Assembly: GCA_965248925.1 (NCBI GenBank)
Contig: CBDFLE010000006.1
Span: 224,001 to 288,000, forward strand
Length of the DNA stretch: 64,000 nt
Source of the DNA: Candidatus Multivoradales bacterium
GTDB taxonomy: Bacteria; Acidobacteriota; Thermoanaerobaculia; Multivoradales; J023
Direction: 5' to 3'
The first letter of the stretch is position 1. Each line of letters opens with the position of its first letter. The notes under the pieces were generated by a model. It ran no database searches, was not told the origin of the DNA, and worked only from the letters and a program-made list of their open reading frames with translations. A program made the translations under genes and the position numbers. This document shows, piece by piece, positions 50,005 through 60,098 of this stretch.

Positions 50005-50895
50005 ATGAAGATCCTCACCACCCCCGAAGAACGCTTCCAAAATCTGCCCGACTACCCCTTCGAGCCTCACTACGTCGAGATCGCCGACGGCTTGCGGATG
50101 CACTACGTCGACCAAGGGCCGCGAGACAGCGAGCCGATCTTGATGCTCCATGGCGAACCCTCATGGTCGTACCTCTACCGCTTCATGATCCCGCCCTGCG
50201 CCGAGCAACGACGGGTAATTGCCCCGGATCTGATCGGCTTCGGCAAATCGTCCAAGCCAGCGGCGGTGAGCGACTACTCCTATCAACTGCATTTGGACTG
50301 GATGGTCGCCTTCATCGAGCGCCTCGACCTACGGCGTATCACCCTCTTCTGCCAGGACTGGGGAGCGTTGATCGGCCTGCGTTTGGCGGCCGAGCAGGAG
50401 CATCGCTTCGCCCGCATCGTGGTCGGCAACGGCAGCTTGCCCAGCGGCGATCAAGCGCTGCCCGGAGCGTTCAAGATCTGGCGCGCCTTCGCCCTCTATT
50501 CGCCGTGGTTCCCGATCGGCCGGATCCTCAACCTGGGAAGCCGCCGCCAGCTCAGCTCGGCGGAGCGCCGGGCCTATGACGCCCCCTTCCCCAGCAAAGC
50601 CTACAAGGCCGGCGCGCGGGCCTTCCCCGCCCTGGTGCCGACCTCACCCGATAACCCGGCCAGCACCGCCAACCGGCGCGCCTGGAACTATCTGGGAAAC
50701 TGGCGAAAGCCCTTTCTGACCACCTTCTCCAGCGGCGACCCGATCAACCGAGGGGTCGACAAGATCTTGCAGCGGCACATCCCCGGTGCCCAACAGCGCG
50801 ATCATCTCAGGGTGCGCGGCGGCCACTTCCTGCAAGAAGATTCCCCGACCCAGCTGGCGCAGGCGATCTTGCAGTTGATCGAAGAAACTGCCTGA
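50005..50895 (+). CDS. Haloalkane dehalogenase
   Basis: TPEERF.NLPDYPF.PHY, HGEPSWSYLYR, PDLIGFG.S.KP, QDWG nucleophile, AYDAPFP, GHFLQED. Confidence 0.92.
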   Translation: MKILTTPEERFQNLPDYPFEPHYVEIADGLRMHYVDQGPRDSEPILMLHGEPSWSYLYRFMIPPCAEQRRVIAPDLIGFGKSSKPAAVSDYSYQLHLDWMVAFIERLDLRRITLFCQDWGALIGLRLAAEQEHRFARIVVGNGSLPSGDQALPGAFKIWRAFALYSPWFPIGRILNLGSRRQLSSAERRAYDAPFPSKAYKAGARAFPALVPTSPDNPASTANRRAWNYLGNWRKPFLTTFSSGDPINRGVDKILQRHIPGAQQRDHLRVRGGHFLQEDSPTQLAQAILQLIEETA

Positions 50896-50931
50896 AGTAC
50901 TTGATCGCTGCCCCTAGCAGCACAAAGGTAA

Positions 50932-50960
50932 GGAGCCGGGCGCTCTAAACACCCGACTCC
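50932..50960 (-). terminator. Probable intrinsic terminator between convergent genes
   Basis: Minus-strand hairpin GGAGTCGGGTG...CGCCCGGCTCC followed by TTACCTTTG. Confidence 0.55.
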
Positions 50961-50989
50961 AGAGGGACTAGGACGCTGATCCGGGGAGG

Positions 50990-53050
50990 TCAGTCAGCGC
51001 ATTGATGACCGAAGACACCGTCGAGATCGAAGCCATCAGCGGCAACCCCCGCGAAGAAATCACCCGGGTCGCTGATATCGACGATCAGCAGCACCCTGGT
51101 CTCGGCCAGCGGCCCCAAGTCGAGTTCGCCGCTCTGGCACAGACTGCCGAGATCGACCCACTGATAGTTGTCCGGCGACTGGGCGTAGACGGTAATCGCC
51201 TCTGGCGATTGGGCACAGCTCTTGTTGGCAAAGCTGGTCTCGACCACCGTGAGATCAGTACCCGGTCCGTTCAGAATCGCTTGCTCGAACTCCAACTCAA
51301 CCAGGCCACCGTAACCCAGGCTGACGAAGTTCAAGCGATCCATGCCGTCGGGCGCTCCGCGTAGATTGGCCAAGTTCAACCGCTCCGCCTCGACCGCGCT
51401 ACCGTGCCCGGTGACGCCTCCTTTTTTGCCGGCCTTGCCTGGGAAGCAGGCGCCCGCGGGCAGAGCCATCGGCTGCTGCACGGTCTCCGGGCAGATGTTC
51501 ATCGTCATGTCGCCGGTGCCGGAAGAATCCCAGCTCAGCGCGTGGGGCTGCGCCACCACGGTGTAAGCCAGCCAACCACTAGCACCGAAGAGAGTGTTGC
51601 GACCGCTGGCGCCAAAACCCACCTGGAAGGCCGCACCGGTCTGCGAAACCTCAATCTCGGCACCAGCGTAGAGGCCACGGCCGATCATCTTGCCATCGAG
51701 AACCTGGTAATAGTGCCAACCGCCGATGCTGATCGGGCCGCCCAATGAGGCGTAGGCCATCTCGGGCAACGCCAGGTGCGGGCTCCCCGCTGGCGCGCTG
51801 TTGGCGCGCTGGCTGAACTCGAAGCGGAGGTCGAGGATGGCGTTCGCATTGGCAGCACTGTGCACCCGGCCGTAGACCGTCGCTCTGCCCCCCTCGTACT
51901 CCACCAGATCGATCGCGTCGCTGACCACGAAGTCACGGCCAATACCGCTGAGGATGAAGGCGTAGACCCCCAAGTTAGCCGACAGGTAATCGAGATCCGG
52001 CGCCGACTCTTCGATGCAAACCCGCGTGCAATGTTCCAGGTCGAGGTTGAAATCGCCGTTGCCGTCGGTTTGGATCCACCCGTTGTAGGGCTGGCTGTGA
52101 ACCCACCAGGTGAGCCAACTCGAAGCACCGTAGCGGGCGCTCTTACCATTGGCGCCAAAGCCGACCTGGAAGGCCGGGCCACGCTGGCTGATCTCGACCA
52201 CCGCGCCAGCAAAGTCGTCGACACCGGTCAGGGTGCCGCTGAAGTCGCTGTAGTAATGCCAGGTCGAGGAGTCGATCGGGCCACCATTCTCGCTGTAAGC
52301 CGCCGAGACAAGCTCCTTCTTGGGGCTGCCGGCAGGCGCGTTGCGGGTGAAGCCGCTGAGCTGGACATCGACCGCGAACGCCTGAGCAGGGTTCGACTCC
52401 CGGCGGGCGATACCGCTGAGCTGAGCAGTGCCATCAGCGAATTCTTGCAAGTTGCCGGGCTTGCCGTCGAAGACGAAGTCTCTGCCGATGCCCGGTAGCC
52501 ACATCGCGTGACCGCCACCGTGGTGACCCCACTGATCGCCGTCCGCTCGGTCGACGCAGTTCTCGTCCGGCTCGCCAGGCACTTCCGGCGGTTCACCACA
52601 GAGATTGTCGCCCTGGTTGTTGTTGTAACTATCGAGCTGGTCTTTGATCGAGTTGGCCAGATCGCGGTCAGAGCCGGTCGGCCGACTGCCCGGCGGGAAG
52701 GCACCGAGAAAGGCGTCGGCGTCGGCCACCACCGAGTCGATGACCGAACTCGAACCTTCGAGCAGATTCAATTTGGTCGCTACCAGATGCCGGCCCAGGC
52801 GGCTGGCGGCATCAGAGCCACCGTAGCGCAGCAGATTCATCATGCCGTTTTGGTCGTAGGTCGCATCGCCGATCTGCAGGCTGTAGGTATTCCAGTTGCT
52901 GGAGTGATTCTTCCAATACCCCGGCGTCCGTGGACACCAGTCGTCTCCTTGACCGGAGGTCGCAATGGCGGGCTGAGCGAGCGCTATGACTAAGCAGGCG
53001 AGCATGATTAGCATCGATCCATGTCGCTGAGTGGTGTTATTGGGACGCAT
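50990..53050 (-). CDS. Secreted protein: TPGYWKNH domain, two copies of an unassigned ~170-aa domain, and a C-terminal domain
   Basis: Signal peptide; internal repeat ..PGIGRDF...WHYY....G...G...AGA...GPAFQVGFGA.G.N..GAS.WL. Start uncertain. Confidence 0.8.
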   Translation of the reverse strand: MRPNNTTQRHGSMLIMLACLVIALAQPAIATSGQGDDWCPRTPGYWKNHSSNWNTYSLQIGDATYDQNGMMNLLRYGGSDAASRLGRHLVATKLNLLEGSSSVIDSVVADADAFLGAFPPGSRPTGSDRDLANSIKDQLDSYNNNQGDNLCGEPPEVPGEPDENCVDRADGDQWGHHGGGHAMWLPGIGRDFVFDGKPGNLQEFADGTAQLSGIARRESNPAQAFAVDVQLSGFTRNAPAGSPKKELVSAAYSENGGPIDSSTWHYYSDFSGTLTGVDDFAGAVVEISQRGPAFQVGFGANGKSARYGASSWLTWWVHSQPYNGWIQTDGNGDFNLDLEHCTRVCIEESAPDLDYLSANLGVYAFILSGIGRDFVVSDAIDLVEYEGGRATVYGRVHSAANANAILDLRFEFSQRANSAPAGSPHLALPEMAYASLGGPISIGGWHYYQVLDGKMIGRGLYAGAEIEVSQTGAAFQVGFGASGRNTLFGASGWLAYTVVAQPHALSWDSSGTGDMTMNICPETVQQPMALPAGACFPGKAGKKGGVTGHGSAVEAERLNLANLRGAPDGMDRLNFVSLGYGGLVELEFEQAILNGPGTDLTVVETSFANKSCAQSPEAITVYAQSPDNYQWVDLGSLCQSGELDLGPLAETRVLLIVDISDPGDFFAGVAADGFDLDGVFGHQCAD

Positions 53051-53180
53051 CGTTCGTCTCCTCGATTTTCGGTCGCGGCCTGTCTGCCGCGGATTTTCTT
53101 GTTGTGTCATCCCCTTCATTCGCAACCCCCATGCCAACTCTAAACTTCTTCCTAATTCTTGAAACCACATGAGTTAGTGG

Positions 53181-53197
53181 TAAATCTATTAGATTTA
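53181..53197. promoter_or_regulatory. Perfect AT-rich palindrome (putative operator)
   Basis: TAAATCTA-T-TAGATTTA in the AT-rich region upstream of 50990..53050. Confidence 0.5.
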
Positions 53198-53371
53198 TAT
53201 AAGACTATACACAACTGTCAGGCAAGTGTCAGCGAGCTGACGCCACAGTGTCAATAAGAGGCGCAGGCAAGAGTCGAGCGAGTCGTTCGGCAGCTTTTAG
53301 CAGCAACAAATAATCCGCGGGCAGCTGCAAAACCCGCGGATTCAAAGTGAGCAAAGAAATCTGCCTAAGAT

Positions 53372-54666
53372 GACTCTCCTCAACTTGCAGTGGGTACCGG
53401 AGGCTGTAGTTTGATGCCGCCACAGTTGAGGAAGATCATGGCAGAGAGTGCTTGATGGGAGTGGAAACCAAAAGCACGTCGGGCGATCATTCTGATCTTC
53501 CCGTTGATGCCTTCGACGAGTCCATTGGTGAGTCGTGTTCTGATGTAGGCGAGAATGCCGACCCGGTGTTTGCGGATCGTTCGAGCGGCCTTGACAAAGG
53601 GCTTGATCTTAGATCTCGACGCCCAAGCCAGCCATTCTCCAAGTTCCATCTCTGCCCGCCAGGGTTGGCGATAGTCGAGGGCTTGAGCCAACGTCTCCTT
53701 GAGGAGGTAAGCCCGGTACAGCCGCCGGTTCTCAGCTTGGATCTCCGCCAGCTTACTGCGCTGGTTGCGACTCAAGTTCCAAGGATTCTTGAGCAGGACG
53801 TATCGCGTGCTCTTGACGGCTCGGGCCCTCTCGGGATCGATCGCCAGCTCGCGGACGATGCTGACCGTCTCGATCTTCTGGCACTGCTCCTCGCCGAGGA
53901 GTTCGAAGAAGGGCGCCAGAGTCTCGGAACTCTTGCCTTCGCCCGTCCAAACGACGCGACGGCGGTCATGGTCGACGACAATCGTCAAGTACCGATGCCG
54001 CTTACGATAGCTGAACTCATCGATGCCAATCCGGCGCAGGCCCAGGAGGCGCTCAGGATCGAGGCGACGTGCCACGACCCGCTTGACGATCGAACCGACG
54101 GTCTGCCACGAGATGGCGAGGAGTCGTTGGACTTGGGTCTTGTCAGTGACTTGTGCCAGATAAGCGGCCAGCTCTTCAAAGTCGTAGGAGAAGCGGCTAC
54201 CCCGGTCGGCCCATGGCACCTGCTCGACGCGCACACCGCAATCGCGGCAGTTCACCCGCCACGGCTCATGAATCAGCTCCACAGACGCCCGTCCCCACGG
54301 GACATGCCGCCACCGGCGCAGAGGTCGGCGGTCATACCGCGAGGCCTTCCGGCCGCAGTGCCCGCACCGGGAAATACGCCAGGTCGGCCGGACCTGGATC
54401 GCGAGTCCACCCTCGACGGTGAACGCGACGTCTTCGACGTACATCTTCGTGACAGCCAGAAGGCGACGGAATACAGTAGTGATGCGCATGGGGTGACCCT
54501 TCCTCCTCGGTTTTGTAGTACTTCCAAGGAGAACAGGAAATCCTGTGCGTTTTCAACTACTTACAGCCTCATCATTTCGCCATGCTTGCTGCCGGCCGCC
54601 CTCGCCCGTCTACGGGCGGCCGGCAGCAAGTGTGGCGAAATCCACCACTCCTATTTGAGGAGAGCC
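53372..54666 (-). mobile_element. ISL3-family insertion sequence (internally deleted)
   Basis: Imperfect terminal IRs GACTCTCCTCAACTTGCAGTGG and GGCTCTCCTCAAATAGGAGTGG; no target duplication seen. Confidence 0.85.
53380..54489 (-). pseudogene. ISL3-family transposase with in-frame internal deletion
   Basis: Zinc finger (C..C, C..CGV..E.VPWA), IGIDEFSYRKRH.Y and TNGLVEGIN.KI are present. The DM...FDRFH block expected after ETVSI is missing. Confidence 0.75.
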
Positions 54667-54759
54667 GAATTTCTGACAAGGAGTCGAGACCCCTCTGTGC
54701 CAATGTAAGTGAGACACTCAAGTACCGAGAAATTAGTGAGGGTGTGGAGAGCAATCACC

Positions 54760-55173
54760 ATGGCGAGTCCAAGCCACGAGCTGCGAGATATGGGTGCTGA
54801 CCGACCAGATCCCGAGGTAGCTGAGAAGGCGAAGCGGCGGCGGTACAGCGCGTCGTACAAGCTGCGCATCGTCCAGGCCGCCGACGCCTGTAGCAAGCCC
54901 GGCGAGATTGGCGCCCTGCTTCGCCAGGAGGGTCTGTATTCCTCGCTACTGTCGACGTGGCGCCGTCAGCGCGACACGGGAGCTCTGGCCGGTCTGTCGA
55001 AGAAGCGCGGTCGCAAGCGTCGACCGGTCTCTGCCGAGGCCCGCCGCGTCGCGGAGCTTGAGCGTGAGAATGCCCGGCTCAAGCATCAGCTGTACAAAGC
55101 CGAGACGATCATCGATGTCCAAAAAAAACTTTCCCGGCTGCTAGGGATCGAGCCGAGCGAGAGCCAGCCATGA
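54760..55173 (+). CDS. IS3 transposase OrfA
   Basis: RRRYSASYKLRIV..ADAC..PGEIGALLR.EGLYSS.L..WR, LE.EN..L, IIDVQKK. Start uncertain. Confidence 0.85.
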   Translation: MASPSHELRDMGADRPDPEVAEKAKRRRYSASYKLRIVQAADACSKPGEIGALLRQEGLYSSLLSTWRRQRDTGALAGLSKKRGRKRRPVSAEARRVAELERENARLKHQLYKAETIIDVQKKLSRLLGIEPSESQP

Positions 55174-56291
55174 GCGCTGTGGCGCCGCTGGCCGAGACGG
55201 TGGGGGTGCAAGCAGCCTGCGTCGCCTTGGCGGTCCCCAGAGCCACTTTCTATCGCCGCCGTCGGCAGCAGAGCGCAGGGCCGCAGCTATCAACGCGGCC
55301 TCGACCGCCGCTGGCATTGACGCCCGCTGAACGCCAGGAGGTCCTCGATGTGTTGCACTCGGAGCGCTTCGTCGACCGCTCGCCGCGTCAAGTCTGGGCG
55401 GCGCTGCTGGACGAGGATCAGCGCCATATCTGCTCGGTGCGCACCATGTACCGGGTCCTGGAGTCTGAGGGCGAGCTGCGCGAGCGACGCCGTCAGCGGC
55501 GTCATCCCAACTACACCAAGCCCGAACTGCTGGCCACAGGGCCGAACGAGGTGTGGTCGTGGGACATCACCAAGCTCAAGGGCCCGGTGAAGTGGACCCA
55601 CTACTACCTTTACGTAATTCTGGACGTCTTCAGCCGCTACATCGTCGGCTGGATGCTCGCCTGCCGCGAGTCCGGAGGGCTCGCGAAGCGGTTGATCGCC
55701 GACAGTGTTGAGAAGCAAGGTGTTGAGCGAGATCGACTTACCTTGCACTCGGACCGCGGTTCGAGCATGACATCCAAGCCAGTGGCTCTACTGCTGGCCG
55801 ATCTCGGGATGACACGGTCGCTGAACCGGCCCTACACGAGCAACGACAATCCGTTCTCTGAGGCCCAGTTCAAGACGCTCAAGTACCATCCGAGCTTTCC
55901 CGACCGCTTCGGATCACTGGAAGATGCACGAGCATTCTGCCGCTCGTTCATCGGCTGGTACAACACGCAGCACTACCACACAGGACTCGGCTTGTTGACG
56001 CCAGAGACCGTCCACTACGGCCTCACGGCCTCAGTACTGGAGCAACGTCGAGAAGTCCTCGCCGCCGCCTCAGCCGCTCATCCAAGCCGCTTCAAGCGGC
56101 GAGCGCCGGCTTTGCCGGAGCCCAGTGACAAGGTCTGGATCAACCCGCCGACCACCGCCGCCAGCACTGACCCAGTCGATACCGAGAACGTAGTGACACA
56201 CCGCGTACACAACGACGCACCAGGCGAGACCCCTGGCTGCGCGCCCTCGCTGAAAGCGATGGTGCCGGAGCCACTACCGATTCCGTACTAA
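55170..56291 (+). CDS. IS3 transposase OrfB (DDE integrase core)
   Basis: PNEVWSWDITKL, LDVFSRY.VGW, HSDRGS, SNDNPFSEAQFKTLKY, WYN..HYH. Confidence 0.92.
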   Translation: MSAVAPLAETVGVQAACVALAVPRATFYRRRRQQSAGPQLSTRPRPPLALTPAERQEVLDVLHSERFVDRSPRQVWAALLDEDQRHICSVRTMYRVLESEGELRERRRQRRHPNYTKPELLATGPNEVWSWDITKLKGPVKWTHYYLYVILDVFSRYIVGWMLACRESGGLAKRLIADSVEKQGVERDRLTLHSDRGSSMTSKPVALLLADLGMTRSLNRPYTSNDNPFSEAQFKTLKYHPSFPDRFGSLEDARAFCRSFIGWYNTQHYHTGLGLLTPETVHYGLTASVLEQRREVLAAASAAHPSRFKRRAPALPEPSDKVWINPPTTAASTDPVDTENVVTHRVHNDAPGETPGCAPSLKAMVPEPLPIPY

Positions 56292-56362
56292 TTCCCAGAA
56301 GAAAGTGTCTCACTTTCATTGACACATTCCGGACCAGGGTAGCCGGGACCGCGCAACAACTG

Positions 56363-57535
56363 CTAATGAGCCACGGCGGGACACTCACCAAGACGGCCCT
56401 CGCCGTACCCGGCGGGCAGCAGCGACATTGCTGGTGAATGTTGAAGAACGCGGTAACTAAAGCGGCCACTCAGGCCAAAGCCAGAGTGAATGCCACTAGC
56501 ACCGAGGCCGGCCTGAAAAGCTGCGCCGTAGAGTTCCAACTCGAACTCCGCACCGGCGAAGCTGCCAAAGCCGATGAGCTGGCCGGATAGTTTTCGGTAG
56601 AAGTGCATAGCCGCGGGGTCCATCCTTCCGCTGTGCTCAGAGTCAACCTTCGCCTCGACCCGATCGCTCAACAGCCACTCGAGTTCGAGACCGGAATTTG
56701 AGTCTGCCGTGCTACGCAGGATGCCGGTGACCCAAGCGTGTGGCGCCACCAAAGTGTTACCCCGCGGGTAGATCACCAGCTCCCCGTCAGCGAGCCTCAG
56801 GTCGCTGCTGAGCCCGTCCAGGGTGACGGCGAAGGGACCGGCGGAGCCTTGCGGGGTTCCAAGATCTGGCACCACCCGAGCGACGCAAATACGCTCGCAG
56901 AGGTCGAAATCGAGACTGAAGTCGCCGCCGCCTTGGCTCTGAAAATGACCCTGGATAGGCTGGCTAACAACCGTCCAATCGAGCCACGTAGAACCACCAT
57001 AGTTGCGGTTCTTGCCGTTGGCGCCGGCGCCGACTTGAAAGGCCGGACCGCGTTGCTCCAACTCGAGCCGCGCGCCGGCATACTCGTCGACCCCGACCAA
57101 GCTGCCGCTGAAGGCGGTGTAGTAGTGCCAGCCGGCAGGTTCAATCGGGCCACCATGGTCGCTGTAGGCAGCATTGGCCAGCTCACGCTTCGGACTGCCG
57201 ACCGGGGGTTGGGTGGTAGAGCCGGCGAGTACGACGGTAATCCGAAAACCCTCGGCGGGAGCCGAGCGCCGCCGTGCCACGCCGGTGAAGGTAGCGGTGC
57301 CATCGCCATATTCCGAAAATTCAGCCGGTTTGGCTGGATCGAAGATGAAGTCTTGGCCAATGCCCGGCAGCCACATCGCGTAAGCAGCGGTGGCACCGAG
57401 CACCGGATCAGGATAGGCGAGATTGACGCACTTCTGCTCACTCACCGGTCGCGGCCCTGCGGCGGCCAGAGACGGCAAGACGGCGGCAAGCAAAAAGGCG
57501 GTGAACAGCTGCGAACAATGAGCAGTCTGGCGCAT
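56363..57535 (-). CDS. Secreted protein with two copies of the same unassigned domain as 50990..53050
   Basis: Signal peptide; AMWLPGIGQDFIF, GSPKREL...AYS..GGPI...WHYY..FSG.L.GVD.YAGA, RGPAFQVGAGANGKN. Confidence 0.82.
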   Translation of the reverse strand: MRQTAHCSQLFTAFLLAAVLPSLAAAGPRPVSEQKCVNLAYPDPVLGATAAYAMWLPGIGQDFIFDPAKPAEFSEYGDGTATFTGVARRRSAPAEGFRITVVLAGSTTQPPVGSPKRELANAAYSDHGGPIEPAGWHYYTAFSGSLVGVDEYAGARLELEQRGPAFQVGAGANGKNRNYGGSTWLDWTVVSQPIQGHFQSQGGGDFSLDFDLCERICVARVVPDLGTPQGSAGPFAVTLDGLSSDLRLADGELVIYPRGNTLVAPHAWVTGILRSTADSNSGLELEWLLSDRVEAKVDSEHSGRMDPAAMHFYRKLSGQLIGFGSFAGAEFELELYGAAFQAGLGASGIHSGFGLSGRFSYRVLQHSPAMSLLPAGYGEGRLGECPAVAH

Positions 57536-57702
57536 GGGGTTCTTTCCCGTCTTCAACGCGGCCTAAGGAGCACTGGGCCGCTGGGTTCTTGGAGTCGACA
57601 CCAAGAGCCAATGCAACCCGCGGGCCAGCCTTCTCAAGACCTGTAACTATCTGAATCAAAACTCTTTACAGCTCCTATAGAAACTTCCACATAGCTCACT
57701 TC

Positions 57703-57731
57703 AAGGGTGTCAAAGGGTGTCAAAGGGTGTC
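57703..57731. repeat. 10-bp tandem direct repeat (AAGGGTGTCA) x3 in a divergent promoter region
   Basis: tcaagggtgtcaaagggtgtcaaagggtgtc at 57701..57731. Confidence 0.75.
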
Positions 57732-57847
57732 GGCGACAGCTTCCTCGGGTGTCGAGAAGATTTGCGGGCGTGGTATCATGCCGACGTTCACCGGCCACAT
57801 TTTTCGGCTATTCCGGCCACCCCACCGCTCGAGGAGCCCTTTTTCCC

Positions 57848-59517
57848 ATGGCAGAAGAACGTGACGTTCTGGAGATCGACGTACTCTTCGTCGGCGCTGG
57901 CCCAGCCAGCCTGGCGGGCGCCTACCAGCTGGCGAAGCTGATCGAAGAGCACAATGAGAAGGGCGAAGGCGAGTCCATCGAGATCGAGATCGGAGTGCTG
58001 GAAAAGGGCCAGGTGATCGGCGCTCACGCCCTTTCCGGCGCCGTAGTCGACACCTTAGCCTTCGCAGAACTTCTACCCGATTGCTGGCAAGAGGCGCCGT
58101 TCGAGGGAGTGGTCGAGAAGGAGTCCTTCCTCTACCTGAGCGAAAAGCGGCCCTCTCGCTGCCGGTGCCACCGCCGCTCGACAACCGCGGCAAGCGGGTG
58201 GCATCGCTGGGTAAGCTGATGAAGTGGCTGGCGGAAAAGGTCGAAGATGCCGGAGTAGATATCTTCTGCGAATTTCCCGCCACCCAAGCGCTGATCGAAG
58301 ACGGCAAAGTCATCGGCGTGCGCACCGGCGACAAGGGCCTCGATCACCAGGGCAACAAGAAGAGCAACTACGAGCCCGGCGTCGACATCCACGCCCAGGC
58401 CGTGGTCTTGGGCGAGGGCCCGCGCGGCACCCTGGCCAAGCAGCTCGAAGCCCACTTTCCGCTCACCGAAGGCAAGAATCCACAGGTCTACGCCATCGGC
58501 CTGAAAGAGATCTGGCAGCTGCCCGAGCAGCGCCTGGCCCCAGGCGAAGTGATCCACACCATGGGCTGGCCGCTCGACAATGAGACCTTCGGCGGCGCCT
58601 TCATCTACGGCATGCAGGACAATCAGGTGATCATCGGCCTGGTGGTGGGGCTCGACTACACCCACCCGATGCTCGACCCGCACACCGAGTTCCAGCGTTT
58701 CAAGACCCATCCCAAATTCGCCGAGCTGCTGCGCGGCGGCAAGATGGCCTTCTACGGCGCCAAGGCGCTGCCCGAGGGGGGGTGGTACTCGATGCCACGG
58801 CTGTGGGGAGACGGCTTCCTGCTGATCGGCGATTCCGGGGGCTTCCTCAACGGCATGAAACTCAAAGGCATCCACCTGGCGATGAAGAGTGGCATGTTGG
58901 CGGCCGAGACCATCTTCGAGGCGCTCAAAGAAGGCACTGTGACCGAACGGCGGTTGGCCCGCTTCGCAGACAAAGTCGAGGCTAGCTGGATCAAGCAGCA
59001 GATGTGGTCGACGCGCAACTTCCATCAAGGTTTCGAGCACGGTCGCATGTTGGGCTTGCTCAACACCGGCTTGGGCCTCCTCACCGGCGGCCGCGGCTTC
59101 GGCATCTTCGACCGTCTACACGCCGAACCCGGCCATCAGCGGATGCGCCACTTGCACCAAGGCTTAAGCACCCCCCAGCCCCTCGAAGTCGACGGCGAGC
59201 TGACCTTCGACAAGCTTGCCGACCTCTACAACTCCGGCACCGCCCACGACGAAGAGCAGCCCGTCCACCTGTTAGTCGCCGACCCCGAGCATTGCGTCAC
59301 CACCTGCGCCGCCGAATACGACAGCCCCTGCCAGCGCTTCTGCCCGGCCAACGTCTACGAGATCGTCGACCAGCCCGACCACCCCAGCGGCAAGCGCCTA
59401 CAGATCAACGCCAGCAACTGCGTCCACTGCAAAACCTGCGACATCATGGACCCCTACCAGATCATCACCTGGGTGCCCCCAGAAGGCGGCGGCGGGCCGA
59501 ATTACTCGAAGATGTAG
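57848..59517 (+). CDS. Electron transfer flavoprotein-ubiquinone oxidoreductase, split by a -1 frameshift near 58145
   Basis: N-terminal DVLFVGAGPASL, EKG..IGAH.LSGA in one frame; remainder (G.K.LPEGG.YS, KGIHLAMKSG, FCPANVYE, NCVHCKTCDI.DP, PEGGGGPNY) in another. Confidence 0.9.
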
Positions 59518-59616
59518 CGGCTTGATCGCCAAGATCTTCAAGAGCGCTAGAAGGCGACTAGTTATCTGCGCTGAGCCAGGGAGAGTAGGATAGAGGCTGG
59601 CCAAGAGGAGGAACCC

Positions 59617-59814
59617 ATGGCGACCACGGAAATGCTACCGAAGGAGCGCATGCTCCAGACGATCCAAGATCTACCCGAGGATAGCTCCTATGAGGAGCTT
59701 CTGCGCGAGCTGGCGTTTGCCCAGATGATCGAACGCGGTCTAGCGGACGCTGAGGCAGGGCGAACCATCAGCCACCAGGAGATGGGCCGGCGGATTGCCT
59801 CATGGGGAAAGTAA
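59617..59814 (+). CDS. Small putative antitoxin (ParD/RelE-partner type)
   Basis: K..ML..I..LPED.S.EE...IERGLAD.EAGR.ISH.E; overlaps the start of a ParE-like ORF. Confidence 0.75.
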   Translation: MATTEMLPKERMLQTIQDLPEDSSYEELLRELAFAQMIERGLADAEAGRTISHQEMGRRIASWGK

Positions 59815-60035
59815 GGTGGACTAACGAGGCAGAACTCTGGCTGCGCGACATCCACGACTACATCGCCGCCGCCGGGGCACGCATTGGCACCCATCTCGAC
59901 CAACACACCACGCCAATCGGCGACTTCGACATCCTGATCGCGGCCCAGGCCATCGCCTGCGGCTTGATATTGGCAAGCAACAACCTGCGTGAATTCGATC
60001 GCGTCCCTGGTCTGAAGACCGCCAATTGGGTCTGA
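59802..60035 (+). pseudogene. Chimeric toxin remnant: ParE/RelE N-terminus fused to a VapC/PIN C-terminus
   Basis: MGKVRWTNEAELWLRDIHDYIAA (ParE-like), then PIGDFDILIAAQAIACGLILASNNLREFDRVPGLKTANW (VapC-like). Confidence 0.75.
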
Positions 60036-60092
60036 CTCCTGCAACACAGCGACGCATTGAATCGACAGGTTCTCGTCGATCTTGAATCTCGT
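60030..60092 (-). pseudogene. Truncated DUF5615 (PIN-like) toxin remnant
   Basis: ACG (in place of ATG) RFKIDENLSIQCVAVLQES directly downstream of the DUF433 gene, its usual partner. Confidence 0.6.
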
Positions 60093-60098
60093 CGCGAC

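Larger units (their letters stand above)
54696..56326 (+). mobile_element. IS3-family insertion sequence
   Basis: Terminal IRs TGTGCCAATGTAAGTGAGACACT and TGTGTCAATGAAAGTGAGACACT (21/23 match), TG...CA ends, orfA/orfB organisation. Confidence 0.9.
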
